Assembly (NCBI GenBank): GCA_002256025.1
Contig: NKIB01012964.1
Coordinates: 1-64,000 of the forward strand
Source: Asterionella formosa
Taxonomy: Eukaryota
Length of the DNA: 64,000 nt
Reading direction: 5' to 3'
Position numbers and translations under genes: made by a program. This document shows, one piece after another, positions 46,331 to 59,646 of this stretch. A model generated the notes under the pieces. It worked only from the letters and a program-made list of their open reading frames with translations. It was not told the DNA's origin and searched no databases. Each line of letters starts with the position of its first letter. Within the stretch, counting starts at the first letter, position 1.

Positions 46331-48256
46331 GTTCCAGCACTACTATCCATTGCCATCGCGATATTCTCCATATTCAAAATTGACTACTACTAAGAATAGA
46401 GAATTGCTTTGGATATGGGTTTCTCCAAGCAAACCTCCTATGGACAACAAAAACCGATTCACTCCTGTCGACAATGCACAAAAGAAAGCGCCCAAATGCG
46501 CAAACAAGAAGTCAATCAGGCTTAACATATTGACATCAATGCCTACTATATTAGGTGCCTACTTCCAGTGGGTACCATCCCACCTCTTCCCTCATTCTCT
46601 CTCACTCATCTGATCGCTCAGCTACTACCTGCTGCTCTCTCTGTCGCTACCATGCGAAGCAAGAAGAAGTGCTCCTTCCAGATGCTATGAACCCTTCCCC
46701 CCATCACTGTGTCATTTCTTATTGATCGTCTCCACCCACATATCTTCCTTGCTGCTCCAACCTCGATTCAGCCTCTGGATTCTACCATGGGTAATCCAAC
46801 CTTGTTCTGATTCCTACATTTCATCCTGCCTGGCAATCGATTGCCAGGCTTCTCAATTCAAATTAACCGAAATGTCCATACAGTTTGCCATAAATACTTT
46901 CTTTGTCTCTCAAGACCCTTCTCTTTTGCTATCTTATCATGTCTTGTTCATCAGGCTACACTCATAATATTGATTCTTTCAATTCCCGGCTTCTCATTTC
47001 ATAATGATTCTCCCAAATTGGCCTTGCAGCTTTCATCTTTGCCCTATATTTATTGATTGGCCTTCCAGTCTGTGCTCTTTCCCCTCTACTGTTCTACACA
47101 TGCTTCCAAACCTCTAAGAGCCCTGTAATGGGCTCCTTCCCCTTGCTCACCATCTCTACGGTTGTTTCACCTCCAATCTGCAACCCCTAAGAGTCCCACA
47201 AATGGACCCTCACTCATTTTCACCTTGGGACCCATATGGGCCCTAGTGTGACTCCATGAGCTCCATTTGACTTGAGTTTCAATAAAAGCGTTCTTTGAGA
47301 TATATTTGCCTACTATTTAGATGTTTGTCACTGATCTGTTGCCATTGAAGATCTGTGTTACACCATGATACAAATTGGTGATACAAGTTTATGTGGAGAA
47401 TTGAGGAGGAAATTCAGTTCAAACCAAGTTACCATTCTTGCTCATACATTTTCAAAAATTTTCAAATGAAGTTATACCCAATGAAAAATGATAAGAACAG
47501 TCCATGATACTCCTTGCCATGAAGAAGAGCCGTGAATGGATGAGCGGATGATCTACCGGTAAGTCTTTTTCTTCTTGGAAGTAAATACATGACCGGTACT
47601 AGTCTAATATATCCCATATTGTAAGGTAGCACTCTGTTAATTACCATATTCTTTCATTTCCCATAACCCCATCCTCCTTTTTTCAAGCTACAGTCTCTTT
47701 GGTATGCCTCTTACCAGTACCTGGCTGCACAAAGAAATAGCTACAACTACTCACTGTTACCATGAGCTTCGATTGCTAGATATTGTAGTAAACCGCTTTT
47801 AGTAACCTTTCTCTGTTAATTCTGCCTGTTTGGTTGTTATTAGTACCTGGTGGTCTAAACTAACCTCATTCTTTGCATGCATACATCACATCGAGGATAT
47901 TTGTTCACTATTGTTTCCTCTTGTTGATGGGGACCTTCATTCTGATGGGGTGAACCTTTAACCTAGGTAGCAAGCTTATTGGTGGGGCAACAGACAACCC
48001 AGTCTACAATTCATGTGACTTGCATGTGCTAACATTGCCGAATGCTTAGAACACACTCGTGTCAAATCAAACATGTAGACTGTACTGTCTAAGTTACAGA
48101 TGATGGTGACCATGGGTTTAGTGCTACGTATTGTATGTATAACTAGTTGTATATTTCTGCTGAAAATATAAGGACAGTCACCACATCAACCACGATATTG
48201 GTAGCGATATAGAGCATACAAAACCCCTCACAACTTAGGTAATCATCACTTGACAG

Positions 48257-49710
48257 CTATGGGTTCAATGGAAAATGATTCTTGTTGAAGTGATATTTGA
48301 TATCAGCAAGTTTGGCGGCAGTATCAGTTGGCATTGAAGCAGTGGCAACGTTTTCATGTACTGGCTCCTTCCCTGTTTCAACAGACGTCAAATCCAAATG
48401 TGCAGAATTCAAATTGATAATGATCGCACTGACAATTGACACTGGCTCCTTGAAAAAGTATGCATATGGATCAGAAGTAGGGAAGACGTCAAGTCTAAAT
48501 ATTCGCTGAAGTGTATCCTGACCTTCAACAATTTTGGCAAAGCAAGGGTCTGCCTGTTCTTCCAAGTCATGTTGGAACTGCCCCCCAGGACCATGAGGTA
48601 TTGTGTTGTCTGCCTTGTTAATATACCAGTCAGGCCCACCTGGACGTCCTGTAAAGCCAATGGTCCACGGGAGATGAGGGAATGAGGAATTGTATTCAGG
48701 AAATGCCAATTGATCTAATTGCTGATCGACGAAGCGTTTCAGGTTTGTTCCTAATTCCGAATCATCGTCCCAATCTTGTGGACCGGCTTGCAAGACGTGC
48801 GGGCCATTGAGGTAGAAGAATGTGTTGTTCCATAACCCATGATAGACCTGCTCGAGGAATAAATGCACAGCATGGGGCATTACGTCTAGACTAGCCATTT
48901 CGGCGACAAAATCACCTTCAACGGGGTCATTGGGGATCTTGATAGTGAATTTAACACGATGAGGGCCGGGTCCAAAACTGAAGTGATAAGAAAAGAATTG
49001 CAGGGAATCAGATGGCGCATAAACTGAAATCCACACATTCACGATAATTTTTCTTACCGCGCCTTGGCTTCACGGGCCGACTCTCGTGAAGTAGCATTCT
49101 GAAGAACGTGCACCTGCTTTCGCCATGCTTCCTCTCTTGCCTTGAGCTTAAGTTCTTCTTCACTAGCTAGAGCCCTGGTGCCTAAATCGCCTTCGTACTT
49201 TACTCTGAGTTCATCCTTGCTCTTTCGAAGGTCGCGATTCTCCGCCTCCAAATGTCGGACCGTGTCCTTGAGCCTGGCCTGGGCTTCCCTCAAGTTCTGC
49301 GCTTCTTTTGCGAAGCGCACCTTCTCTCGCTCCACCTGTTGGAACATTCCTATGGCCTGGTCAATGCTCGTTGCGTGGAGCTTGGACAAAATGGCCGATG
49401 ATTGCCTTCGATAGTAGAACGTGGTCCCCAAGAAGAGGAGAGCCACAACTCCTGCCCAAACTAGTTTATTTTTTAGTATAGAGGCAATGTCAAGGGATTT
49501 CCCCTTGCGAGGTACACCATGACGAGGCGAGGCCGCAGGAGTGGGGTAGGTGTCGTAGGCCCCGCCAGATGACGCTCCGTAGCTGGAAGAGGAATACCCT
49601 CCGTATCGTCCATCTCCTCCTCCCTGACCGTAGCTTCCGCCATATCCTCCTGCGCCTGCTCCATAGACATTGGTGGGCAATCCATTGGTGGTCTTGCCAG
49701 GACGAAGCAT
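48257..49710 (-). CDS. Membrane-anchored coiled-coil plus cyclophilin-like domain protein, 2 exons
   Basis: Gly/Tyr-rich N-terminus, transmembrane helix and coiled coil. Predicted intron 48978-49057 gives AKARFGPGPHRV, followed by MPHAVHLFLEQV, FPEY, GFTGRPGGPDWYIN, HGPGGQ and DPCFAKIVEG. Confidence 0.85.
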
Positions 49711-50907
49711 GTTGTTGGTTCTCTTCCAGTGGTTGCTGATGAGGTGAAGGTGCTGAATGGACAATATACCCGGAAAATAGTCTACCGTTAAGATGTTTTA
49801 TTTGCTCAAATCATGATGAATATATCGGTATATATCGACTACGGGCTGTATTTTCTGGAAAGGGAATGTTTTATATGAATAATATATAGCGCTAATATAA
49901 TATATAGCATATATACATTGAATCACCCAAATATGCGTGGTCGTCTTTAGGGGATATTGTTTTATGCGGTTTTATGGAAGTGTGACATTGTACCACAGGA
50001 GTACTCCCTGGTACCAGGTACCGCATGTCGCATACGTATGAATGAAATTCATTATAGCCAAGCAAAATCAAAAAATCGGCCTTGGTGACTGATCTTGCAA
50101 AAGATGTACAGTAATATTTTTATTTTATGTATCAGAGCGCGCCCATTATTGCTTTGCTTTCTTTGCGTCCTCCCATCGTCTGTCTCCCTCTGACAAGCAA
50201 TGATTGGACATAAGTGCCTCCCCTCCGCCAATCAGCCAAACGACAGGGTATAACACGTTTTTACTTAAAAAAATTCAGCCAAATATTTCGATTACCGGAC
50301 TGTCCAGGGTAGCTACCAGGTACCCCAGGTGCCGTACAGTTACCGTACCTGGTACCCGAGGTATACATGACTCACACATCACCCAAGAGTCAATATTTTT
50401 TAAATCACCTATTCTTTACAAGGCGAACGCGCAAGTGTACCACTATCAGGTAGGTAGATGCAGTTTTCCGGTACCAGGAGTAGCATATAGCAAATTACAA
50501 GCGACAAAAAATCTGCCTGCCAGCTTGTTGCTAGTAGTTTCATGTCAACAATGCAGGGCATCCATCATCCGTATGACCGACCGCAGCAGGCTCAAATCCG
50601 AAGCAGCCGTCTGGTTTCGGGAAGGAATGCTTGAGTCAAGACATCACTCCTAAGAAGAGAAAATTGCTCCTGAAAACGACATTTACTCTATAGGTAATAC
50701 CGTACCCTTCAGCAAATTAACCAATAGGCTCTAACTAGGCCAATACTGCTGGAAGAGTCCACATTAGCTTTATCAGCTTATCCAACCCACCCTCTGCAAT
50801 TCTTTATTGGATCAATACTAGTTTTGCATTCACTTACCTTGGTGAAAATTCCAAAATGGTTGATTCCACTGTCAATTTCATTCGTACTCTGTGGTGATAC
50901 TTCCACT

Positions 50908-52323
50908 CTAAAGTTCTTGTTTATTAGGCACTGCCTTGCTCATTGTTCCATACAACAAGGTCAAATTGATGCGATGGTTTTTGTGACCTCTCTTGAATTC
51001 GAATTTGTCGGTGTGATGAAACAAGGCAGAATCAAACAAGATGGCTCGATTCTGTTTGTGAGGTACTGTCACATTGGCAAAATTGGTTGGCCTTAGCAAT
51101 TGTTCATAAACAAATTCTGTATCTGTGTTATACTTTGCAAACTCCCAATCTATTGGTGGCTTTGTTTTCAAATGATATTGCATGTAAATAATTAGTAACA
51201 AAATCAAATCACAAGGCAACAATTATTTCCCAATTTTTAGTGCCCATACCTTTGCTGTAAAGACAACTAAACCACCTGACGTTGGATCAAGATTTGCTTC
51301 ATCAGGAGTTAACCAAATATTGACATTTACTGCAGCCTCATCTGCATGTGTATTGATACCAGTGTATGCTTCATGATATTTGTAGGCCCACAGGTACTTC
51401 AATGGATGACCCTTCATTATTCTTGGGAAGACTTTTTTCAATTCAAAAGCTAGTTGGAGCAGAATCCGATCATGAAGGCCATCGTCAATATCTTCGCCGA
51501 AAATATTTTCTTGTTAGAAAAGCAGAGGTAGAGAAACACATGCAACAGTGGTGACTTAGATGGACTCACATGCACCAACATATCCACCAAACTTGAGAGG
51601 CATTTTAGTTTGATACCACACTGTACTCTCTAGCATCAGCTGGCGAATCCGAGCCAGGGCCTCTCTTGACAGAAGATCGTCAATAATCACAATTCCAGGA
51701 TATGTATGATCAGGGTCTTGCCCAAACCATTGCCGTTCAATTCTTTTTGTGTCCAGGGTAGGATTCAACAACGACATAATGGTGCCGTTTTTGTGCTTCA
51801 GTTCTTCGAAATTGGTCTTATACAGAGCTTTGTTATAAATATCACCTATATCAGGGCCATCGGTTGGTCGGAAGGCATACAGTCCCTGCGTTTGTCCAAG
51901 TTGCTCCAATGGCAGGATATTCTTTAGCACATTTTCGTACACAGGCTTGACAGAATTGGCAAAGAAATCAGCAAGTTTCTTTTCTTTCAAATGTTTGGCC
52001 AGAAAGTCTGCTTGTTCCAGGTCCATGGCAAGCTTGTACTCGGTAGTATATGTCAAACCACCACCCCGCGATGTAATTTGTTGTGGTAGCTTGTTTCGAA
52101 TCTCATCTCGGTTGGGATTTCGTTCCGATCGGCGAAACACATTGCTCAGAGCCCAATATAGTCCATCGAGGTCGTCCTTCTCAAAAAAGTAGGCAATGTC
52201 ATCACTGTCTAGCACTATTGGGAACTCTACGCCAGCAGTGGTTGGGACTGAAAATAGAGTTGTTGCTGTAATTAACGAAGCAAGAAACACTTGCAGGAGT
52301 GTGAAGGGAAGAGACGTCCTCAT
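50908..52323 (-). CDS. Secreted or ER 2OG-Fe(II) oxygenase-like protein, 3 exons
   Basis: Signal peptide, HxD motif in GINTHAD, distal His in FDSALFHHTD and RINLT. Predicted introns 51492-51569 and 51160-51249 keep the frame. Confidence 0.8.
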
Positions 52324-52900
52324 ATTGGCAAGTGGCCACCAGGAGTTCCCGGTAGACTACGGTTATGTGCAATACAATACATGATACCCAATACATAAAC
52401 TGCCGAAGCCATCAAAGAAGGCACACAGCCCTGGCTGTTCAGTGTCATCATTGGAAGAAGGCAGGTTTGGCACTAGTGATCATAGCGGTCGTGGTACAGA
52501 CATATTGATTTCGGACTCAATGATCATCAAATGCTGAAAAGAAGTTCCGGGAGCTACCGGTATAACAACAGCGTAGCCTCGTTGAGCGAGGGATACTCTC
52601 AAATCGATATCACGACATCCCTACCACCGGGTTTACAGCTCCTGGTGGTACCAGTTACTGGTAGTCTCATAACTTGCTTCGCGGTCGGAAACCAATCATG
52701 ATGATTTGCTGGTGAGGGGCGGGTTTAATCAAGTGCATCTAAAAAGTGAAATACGTGTACCGGTACACGTTTACACATGTACCGCTATTTCTATAGTGTA
52801 TTCAAAGAAAAAGCAGAAATGGCCACCATGCTCACAGCCGTGCCTTGCTGAAACAAGGCAAGACACGCCCGAGGTAGTCGCATGCCTGCTAGTACACTTG

Positions 52901-53267
52901 TGTTGACATATATGGCGCCTACTCTAGGTGGGCTCCAGTACTGCCCTGGAATGACCGGTCAAGATCTTTCTCATGCCACTGGTCTTCAGATTCTTCTGCT
53001 ATATAAATCCTGTCTATTTCGGTTTAGACACTCCTCAGACTACCTAGTCTTTGGACACCTGTCGACATCAACAGCCTAACAGACACACTCTGACACACTC
53101 TGGAGTAAACGAGAAGGCAAGGACGTACCAACTGAGAAAGGTCTTGCCATGTTGAAATGTGTGGCGTGTCTTCCTAGTGTGCTCCAGTACTGCCCTGGAA
53201 TGCCTCAGACTACATCTCGCCTTTGGACACCTGTCGACATCAACAGTCTAACAAATGCATTCTGACA
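52901..53267 (-). mobile_element. TRIM-like miniature LTR element
   Basis: Two related TG..CA repeats (52901-53095 and the internally deleted 53150-53267) share GCTCCAGTACTGCCCTGGAATG and CTTTGGACACCTGTCGACATCAACAG. The 54-bp spacer begins with TGG (PBS-like) on the minus strand. No clear target-site duplication. Confidence 0.65.
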
Positions 53268-53280
53268 TTGTTGCAAAAAC

Positions 53281-53520
53281 AGCAATTCACAAACTAGCTA
53301 TCATCACACCATTCACTTACCTATTGCCCACAAAAAAAGCATACCAAAATGACACTTTATGCTTGCTATTGCCCATCATATAAAATATATTTTGTACATT
53401 TCTATATTCTCATCAAAAATCATTGCCAAGGGTCAATATTGTCCATCATTAAAATATTTTTTGAATATTTGATATGTTACCATTTTGGCAATACAATTTA
53501 CACAAACTGCCCCTTGGTTT
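53281..53520 (+). repeat. Diverged partial copy of the AT-rich part of repeat family A
   Basis: AGCAATTCACAAACTAGCTA and ATTGCCCATCATATAAAA are shared with 7920-8120 and 11912-12040. Confidence 0.65.
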
Positions 53521-55626
53521 TCCATACCTGGTGGGATTCTTGCTGAAATTGGCATGTGTCTACATAAGGAAGAAACCTTTTATAAGTTGCGGTCATTTTG
53601 CTGAAATGTACAACATAACACAGGACAAGCACTCAAGTTTTTCAAAGTAAATAGAGCACATCATCAATTCTCCCTTTTAAATCGACTGTATTATGACTTA
53701 GTGATGCAGATTTTATGCTACTAATTAAGTCGTCTAAATGTGGGAATCTCAAAACAAGGGCAAATGGCTAATATAGAAAATGACAATGACCAGTGCATAA
53801 GAAGGGCGGGGTAGCCCGAAGCAATAGTAGTAAGCAAACAAAGTAATCAACGTCTGCAAATAAAAAATTATTGTACATATAGGATCAGGGGTATGTTACT
53901 ATAACTGGCACGGAATTTTTCTGTGCATGATATGCATTTTGTTACTTGTGAAGGATAAACTGATGTTGCTGATGATAGCGGCGGGTTGCCTCTCCCCATT
54001 CCCTTGTACTCCATATCAGAGCTTTCCTTCATTATTAATGTTCATGTTAATGTTGTAACAACTGCGAAGCAAATACTTCTAAGTCATATTATTCTTATGC
54101 AATAACATGCAGTTCCATTCTTATTTTCACTTACCATGAATAGATGTATTTCATCACACAGGTTTCTCAAGCAACACAATGTGTCAAACAATCCATTTCG
54201 ATTGTTCACTGTATTAACTAATGGGAAGTAAATGTGTGTTCGGCTTGTTTAGCTTTTATTAAAACAGGCATTTCCAATCATGATGGTTTGGTCACTTACC
54301 GCAACAATTATACGAATCCATGTTCAGTTTCCATATTCCTCAAGAAATCATGAAGACATTGATGTTCAGAACTTCCATGTACTCTTTGTATACAATTACC
54401 CTGATAGTTATAAAAGGATGTGTTACTTATGTTCTAACAGGTGATTCTTGTGAGAATTGATCCAATGACAGCACTTACTGCAACCGTCATTTCTTCACAT
54501 TGAATTTGTCCCCACAAGTATGCATATACAGGTAAGCAAATAAACACTTGAAGAGAGAGCACGCATTGAGAGAAACTGTCAACCCAACAATTGAATATTC
54601 TGACATATTCCATTGACCTGCTAACGTGGCTTTTGGCCTTTTGTTCAGCACCATTCCTTATTGTGTTTCCAACGAAGTCGCAAGATATCGGTAAATTGAT
54701 TGTTTTCATTACTGGTGTGGCCAGAAAAGGAAAATGATTTTGAGTTTGGAGATAATAGCACATGCAAAGTAAGCAAAATTTCTTATTGTGCCTTTGCTTC
54801 TTTTGCATACCAGCAAGCTGCGGTAAAATTGCCAAGTTGACTATTTGGAAATATTGTATATCCACACCTGAGGATCCAATTGTAAAAAATTTAATCTGGC
54901 TAAGTCGGATAAGACTTATCTTTCATTTGTGGCATGATTGTTTAGAATAATTTTATGCTAGAATTCGATTTGGAAGGAACTATTTTAGGGTCAAACTCAT
55001 TCCCCCAATCTCAAACCCGCATCCCAATCGAAAAAATTGGGGGTTTTACGTGAGAGCTAGTAGGTTCCATTGGGGTCAGATGCGCACACAGAAAGATCAT
55101 CATAGAATATGTTTGTCAAGCCCCACCCATGAGTGTACTCATGCATATGTATCGTTGTTAGCTATCATGCAAGGACAAAAATTTATGTATGGGAAAATAT
55201 ATAGCGGTACATCGGCTATCTTCTCCATCTCCATCTAGTCTATGTAGAATACATATACTCGTGTCTGTCTACATTCCTGAATACAGCCATATTAACTACT
55301 ATTCATATTACCTGGTACCATATACTGTATGTATCCTGAACTTACATAATTTGCTATACCGATATATGGTTGTTAAGTGTTCTATATAAGCATGTATATT
55401 CTTGGAACACGATGTTTACATGGTACCAGTGGTATTGGCAACATAATGGCAATGATGATAAGCCCAGCATTGTAAACAGATAATTCACGAATTATAGATC
55501 AATTGTTGTTGTTTTTAGCTACTGATGTTGTAGAATATGTTTACTTGATTCAAGATGGTTATGTACAAACTACTCGGGTTTTGATCCGGCAAGAAATCAT
55601 GGAGATATTGTCATTGTGATCAAACT

Positions 55627-55782
55627 CCATTTTGCTTCTGCCGATTTTCTATTTTAGCTATTTTGCAATTAATATCAAAGCTATGTCAACAATTATTGTC
55701 ATTGTGGTCGAACGCCATTTTGCTTCTGCCGATTTTCTATTTTAGCTATTTTGCAATTAATATTAAAGCTATGTCAACAATT
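55627..55782. repeat. Local tandem duplication (~68-bp block, 88-bp period)
   Basis: CCATTTTGCTTCTGCCGATTTTCTATTTTAGCTATTTTGCAATTAATAT.AAAGCTATGTCAACAATT occurs twice. Confidence 0.9.
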
Positions 55783-56156
55783 GTTTCACTACTTGCTAGC
55801 GACACCTGTATTCTATCTAACCAGTTGGATAAAATTGAAAATTAAAAATCATTTTATCATATTCTGTTACAATTGTCATGGGAAAATTCTTGTGTTCGAT
55901 TCATGATGCGTTGTATAAATTATCTACTTCTATGTAGAACAAGCATGTTATGTACCAGGATATTCATCTGATATAAATGTACCACAGCCGTTCTCACTTG
56001 ACTACCGGTAGTAAGTACTGGTACAAGAAGCAAATTGCAATCCCACAAAGAAAATTGCAATTGTATGTATTGGTGCCAGAGCAAGAGATTTAGCACTGTT
56101 TCCCTTATAGTAACAACCGCATTTACCGCACCGACATACCGGTGTGCATGTACCAG

Positions 56157-56245
56157 CAAGTTGCGGTCATCTTGCTTTAACTAACATTTTAATCTGGGAT
56201 AAAAGAAAGCTAAATCTTTGGGTTCAGCAAAATTACCGCGACTTG
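56157..56245. mobile_element. MITE family B, second copy (possible CAG target-site duplication)
   Basis: CAG|CAAGTTGCGGTCATCTTGCT...AGCAAAATTACCGCGACTTG|CAG, with the internal AAAGCTA..TCTTT..GTTCAGC shared with 32421-32491. Confidence 0.75.
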
Positions 56246-56842
56246 CAGATACATGTACATGATGTTTCATACCGGCACAGTACCTGGTACCAGGTACTCG
56301 TTGTTGGCACCAAGGAGGAAAAAAGGTATGCATCGTCATGCCTGTACCAGTACCAGGGTACCAGTACTCTTATACGGTGTTACTATGCAATACTACCGGT
56401 ACAGTAGTTGGGAGGAGGACGAGGAAAAGAATTGCGTATAAATATATACACGTATGGATATCATCATTTTCTGATGTGCAAATCCATTACTGGTACCAGT
56501 ACCAGTACCTGGTAACGCATTTATAAACTATGTACCGGTACCGGTATGCGGATGATATTCCCTAGCCGCGGCGAAAGTCGAATCTTTGTTAAACATACAT
56601 AGTACTGGTACCAGGGGCAGGAATTCCCACGATCAGGTAGATACGTGGTACAAGGTCCTGGTTCTTGGTACCAGGTAGGTACCGTAATAAAATCATGCCA
56701 AGAGGCCTTGTTACTACCGTAGCTCGGGTGATGGATCAGAGACACAGAAAAGTACGCCAATCAATTCAGTCACATGCATTGTCACTTGGACTAATCTCCT
56801 CTAAAAGAATCGGTGCGGGGGTTGAGATAACAAGACATCAAC

Positions 56843-59424
56843 ATGATGAGGGCGACAACGGCGATGCGACAATCGTCGAGGCTGCAACTTGGATTTTCAC
56901 AATGGAAGAAGCAACGAGTAATGAGCATTCGTGAATCAAGGAACAGAATAGGAAGTACAGTCACACGGTCCATCTCCACAGAGCAGCAACAATCTCAAGA
57001 TGTTAACAGTCAATGGATGCTGCTAGCAGCAGGAGTAGCGTTAGCGCTTTCTGCTTCTGCGGTTGTTGGGCACAGGGGTGCCGCGCAATGCGATGTTTCA
57101 ACTCGGAAGTCAAAACTTAATCGAACACTTTCGTTGCGCGGCCACATTTCTCTGGAAGAAAAGTACAACATTGAATGGGATATTGTCTTGGGAGAAGGAG
57201 CATATGGAAGTGTCCACCCCGCGAGGTTAGCAGCCACTGGCGAAAAGGTATGCGGCTCTCGCTTGTACACACAGTACCAGGCCACATGCTTGTACTCACT
57301 ATCACTCGCCTTGTTCGCACCTTCGCTCATCCCATCTAGCTCGCACTGAAGAAAATAAGCAAACGATACACTAACTCGAGCACATTCAAGGCTGAAGTCG
57401 ATGCGCTGAAACGAATCTTTGAAATGGGCGGGCACCCCAATATTTCAGGCCTGCGCGACATGTACGATTCGGACCCTAACTATTTCTATTTGATTTTGGA
57501 TTTAGTCTCGGGTGGAGAACTCTTTGAGCACCTCATTAATTATGGAGCGTACTCGGAACAAGATGCAGCGAGATTAGTATACGAAGTCGCGAGTGCCTTG
57601 GCATTCTTACACGGTGTCGGTGTCGTGCACGCTGATTTAAAGCCTGAAAACCTCTTGCTATGTTCCAAAAATCGAATGGATGGGACTATAAAAATTATCG
57701 ATTTTGGCTGTGCCATTGTCAGCGATGATTTTGACGATATACCTTCCTATCGACATACGGAGGAGAATGGAAGTTTCCCACCGGTGACTGCATCGACTGG
57801 AACGACGGCGTATTGGCCGCCGGAACGGTTTCAAAAAGGCGCTGTTGCCGATGCGGCAATGGACATGTGGTCTGTCGGGGTCATTTTGTACGTTATGCTA
57901 ACTGGTGTACACCCATTTGACGTACATGCGGATAGTTCGGACGATCAGATTGAGGCAAGGATTCTTAGGGACCCAACACCTCCTATTCGACCAGAACTAA
58001 CCGGACACCTTTCAGAGAGTGCCATTGATTTGATTAAGAAATTAATGCACAAGGACCCTGCAAAGCGCATGACTGCAAGGCAAATGTTGAAGAATCCATG
58101 GGTTCGCGGAGAAACAGCCTCCAAAGAAAAGATGCAAGACTCTGATAAGCGTCTGTCACAATTCAAAGATACACGCTACGAGCTGGAAGCCGGTATCTTT
58201 GGTCTCTTAGTCAAGCAAGGGCACAGGGACGTTCGTTTAAGCGAGGCTAAAGTGAAAGGTGGAAGCGAATTCGAGCATTTAGGTTCAAGCAGTATTCTGA
58301 AGCGAGCATTTGCACTCATTGATGCAGGCGGAAAAGGATACATCAACTCAGACGATTTAGGCAGGGTTGCGAAAGAGCAAGCCAATATCCAGGTTTCTTC
58401 TAACGATACACGTGAGTTGCTCTCTAAACAAGGATCACAACAAGATATCTTGTCATTTTCGGACTTCTCTTCCCTTTTTTCGGGGTTGCATCACGAGCAT
58501 TTCCCTCGAGGGCACATGATTTTTAATGCTGGCGATGACGGTGACGCCATGTATTTCTTGGCCTCTGGAAAGGTGTTAATCCAGACTCGAAAAGGACAGC
58601 TAGTTGCGACACTTAAGACCGGTGATTTCTTCGGTGAAGGTTCCCTTTTATCTGAAGAAGCCAAGCGATTTACATCAGCCAAGTGTGCTACTCCGGTCGA
58701 TGTCATCCAGATTAAACGAGCTGACTTTAACAGGTACATCTCATCGTCGGAATCAACCAAGAATGAACTTCGGCTAAAGTGGCGAGCTCGGAACCTGGAC
58801 TATGCTAAAAATCTCATTCGACTGGATTCCAATGTAAGGACAAATGAATATAGTAAGGGTGAGGTGGTGTATAAAGAAGGTGATGTTGGTCAGGACATGT
58901 ATCACGTTTTGGAGAACGATGGTGGTATACTAGAAGTCAGTCATGGAAATCAAGTAGTCCACCAATATGTGAACGGAGATTCTTTCGGTGAGACATCCTT
59001 GCTCTTCGAACGACCCCGATCATCGACGGTCACTTGCGTATCTGACAAATGCCTCCTTCAAGTGATGAGTGGTGCCGACTTTCGCGCTGTAGTTGATTCG
59101 AATCCCAACATGGCGGCCGCGCTAAAAAACATGTGCCGAAAACGGCTGTTCAAGAGGGCTATCAAAGCGTATTCTCTTAAACAAGGGCGTAGTTTGTCAA
59201 ACGAGGATATTGAGAAAACTTTCGTGGAGGCAGATGTCGATCAAAGCGGAAGCTTGAATCTTGATGAAGTTGCAGAGATAATGACACGCATGGATACAAA
59301 TTTTCCAAGATCGGAGATCGAGGCTCTATTGAAATATATTGACGTCGATGAAGATGGAAAAGTGAGCATCGAAGAATTCAGACGGCTTTTTCGTCAATTC
59401 GAAGATGTGAAAGCATCGACTTAG
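56843..59424 (+). CDS. CAMK-type protein kinase with EF-hands and two cyclic-nucleotide-binding-like domains, 2 exons
   Basis: Predicted intron 57248-57339 joins LGEGAYGSV..GEK to LALKKISK. Kinase motifs VHADLKPENLL, IIDFG and DMWSVG. EF-hand loops DAGGKGYINSDD, DVDQSGSLNLDE and DVDEDGKVSIEE. cNMP-like motifs GDFFGE and GDSFGE. Confidence 0.92.
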
Positions 59425-59646
59425 AATTCACTTCATTAGTGATTTAACATGAATTAGTACGTCAACGGGTAAGACATGGACTGAACGTGTCTCCTCTTGG
59501 TGCCAATTTATGGTTGGTTGATCACGCCTTATGGGTCTAGCTTTACATAAGAGTACAAACGAACAAATCTTTAAAAAATCATGCAGTTGGATATTTCTCC
59601 TACAATCTAAGTTAGTGAATTGGCAAGTTAGCGATCCTAAAGTGAC

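Noticed and set aside
53600..54950. AT-rich region with 60-140-aa ORFs
   Set aside because: No coherent reading frame or motif; likely degraded transposon interior.
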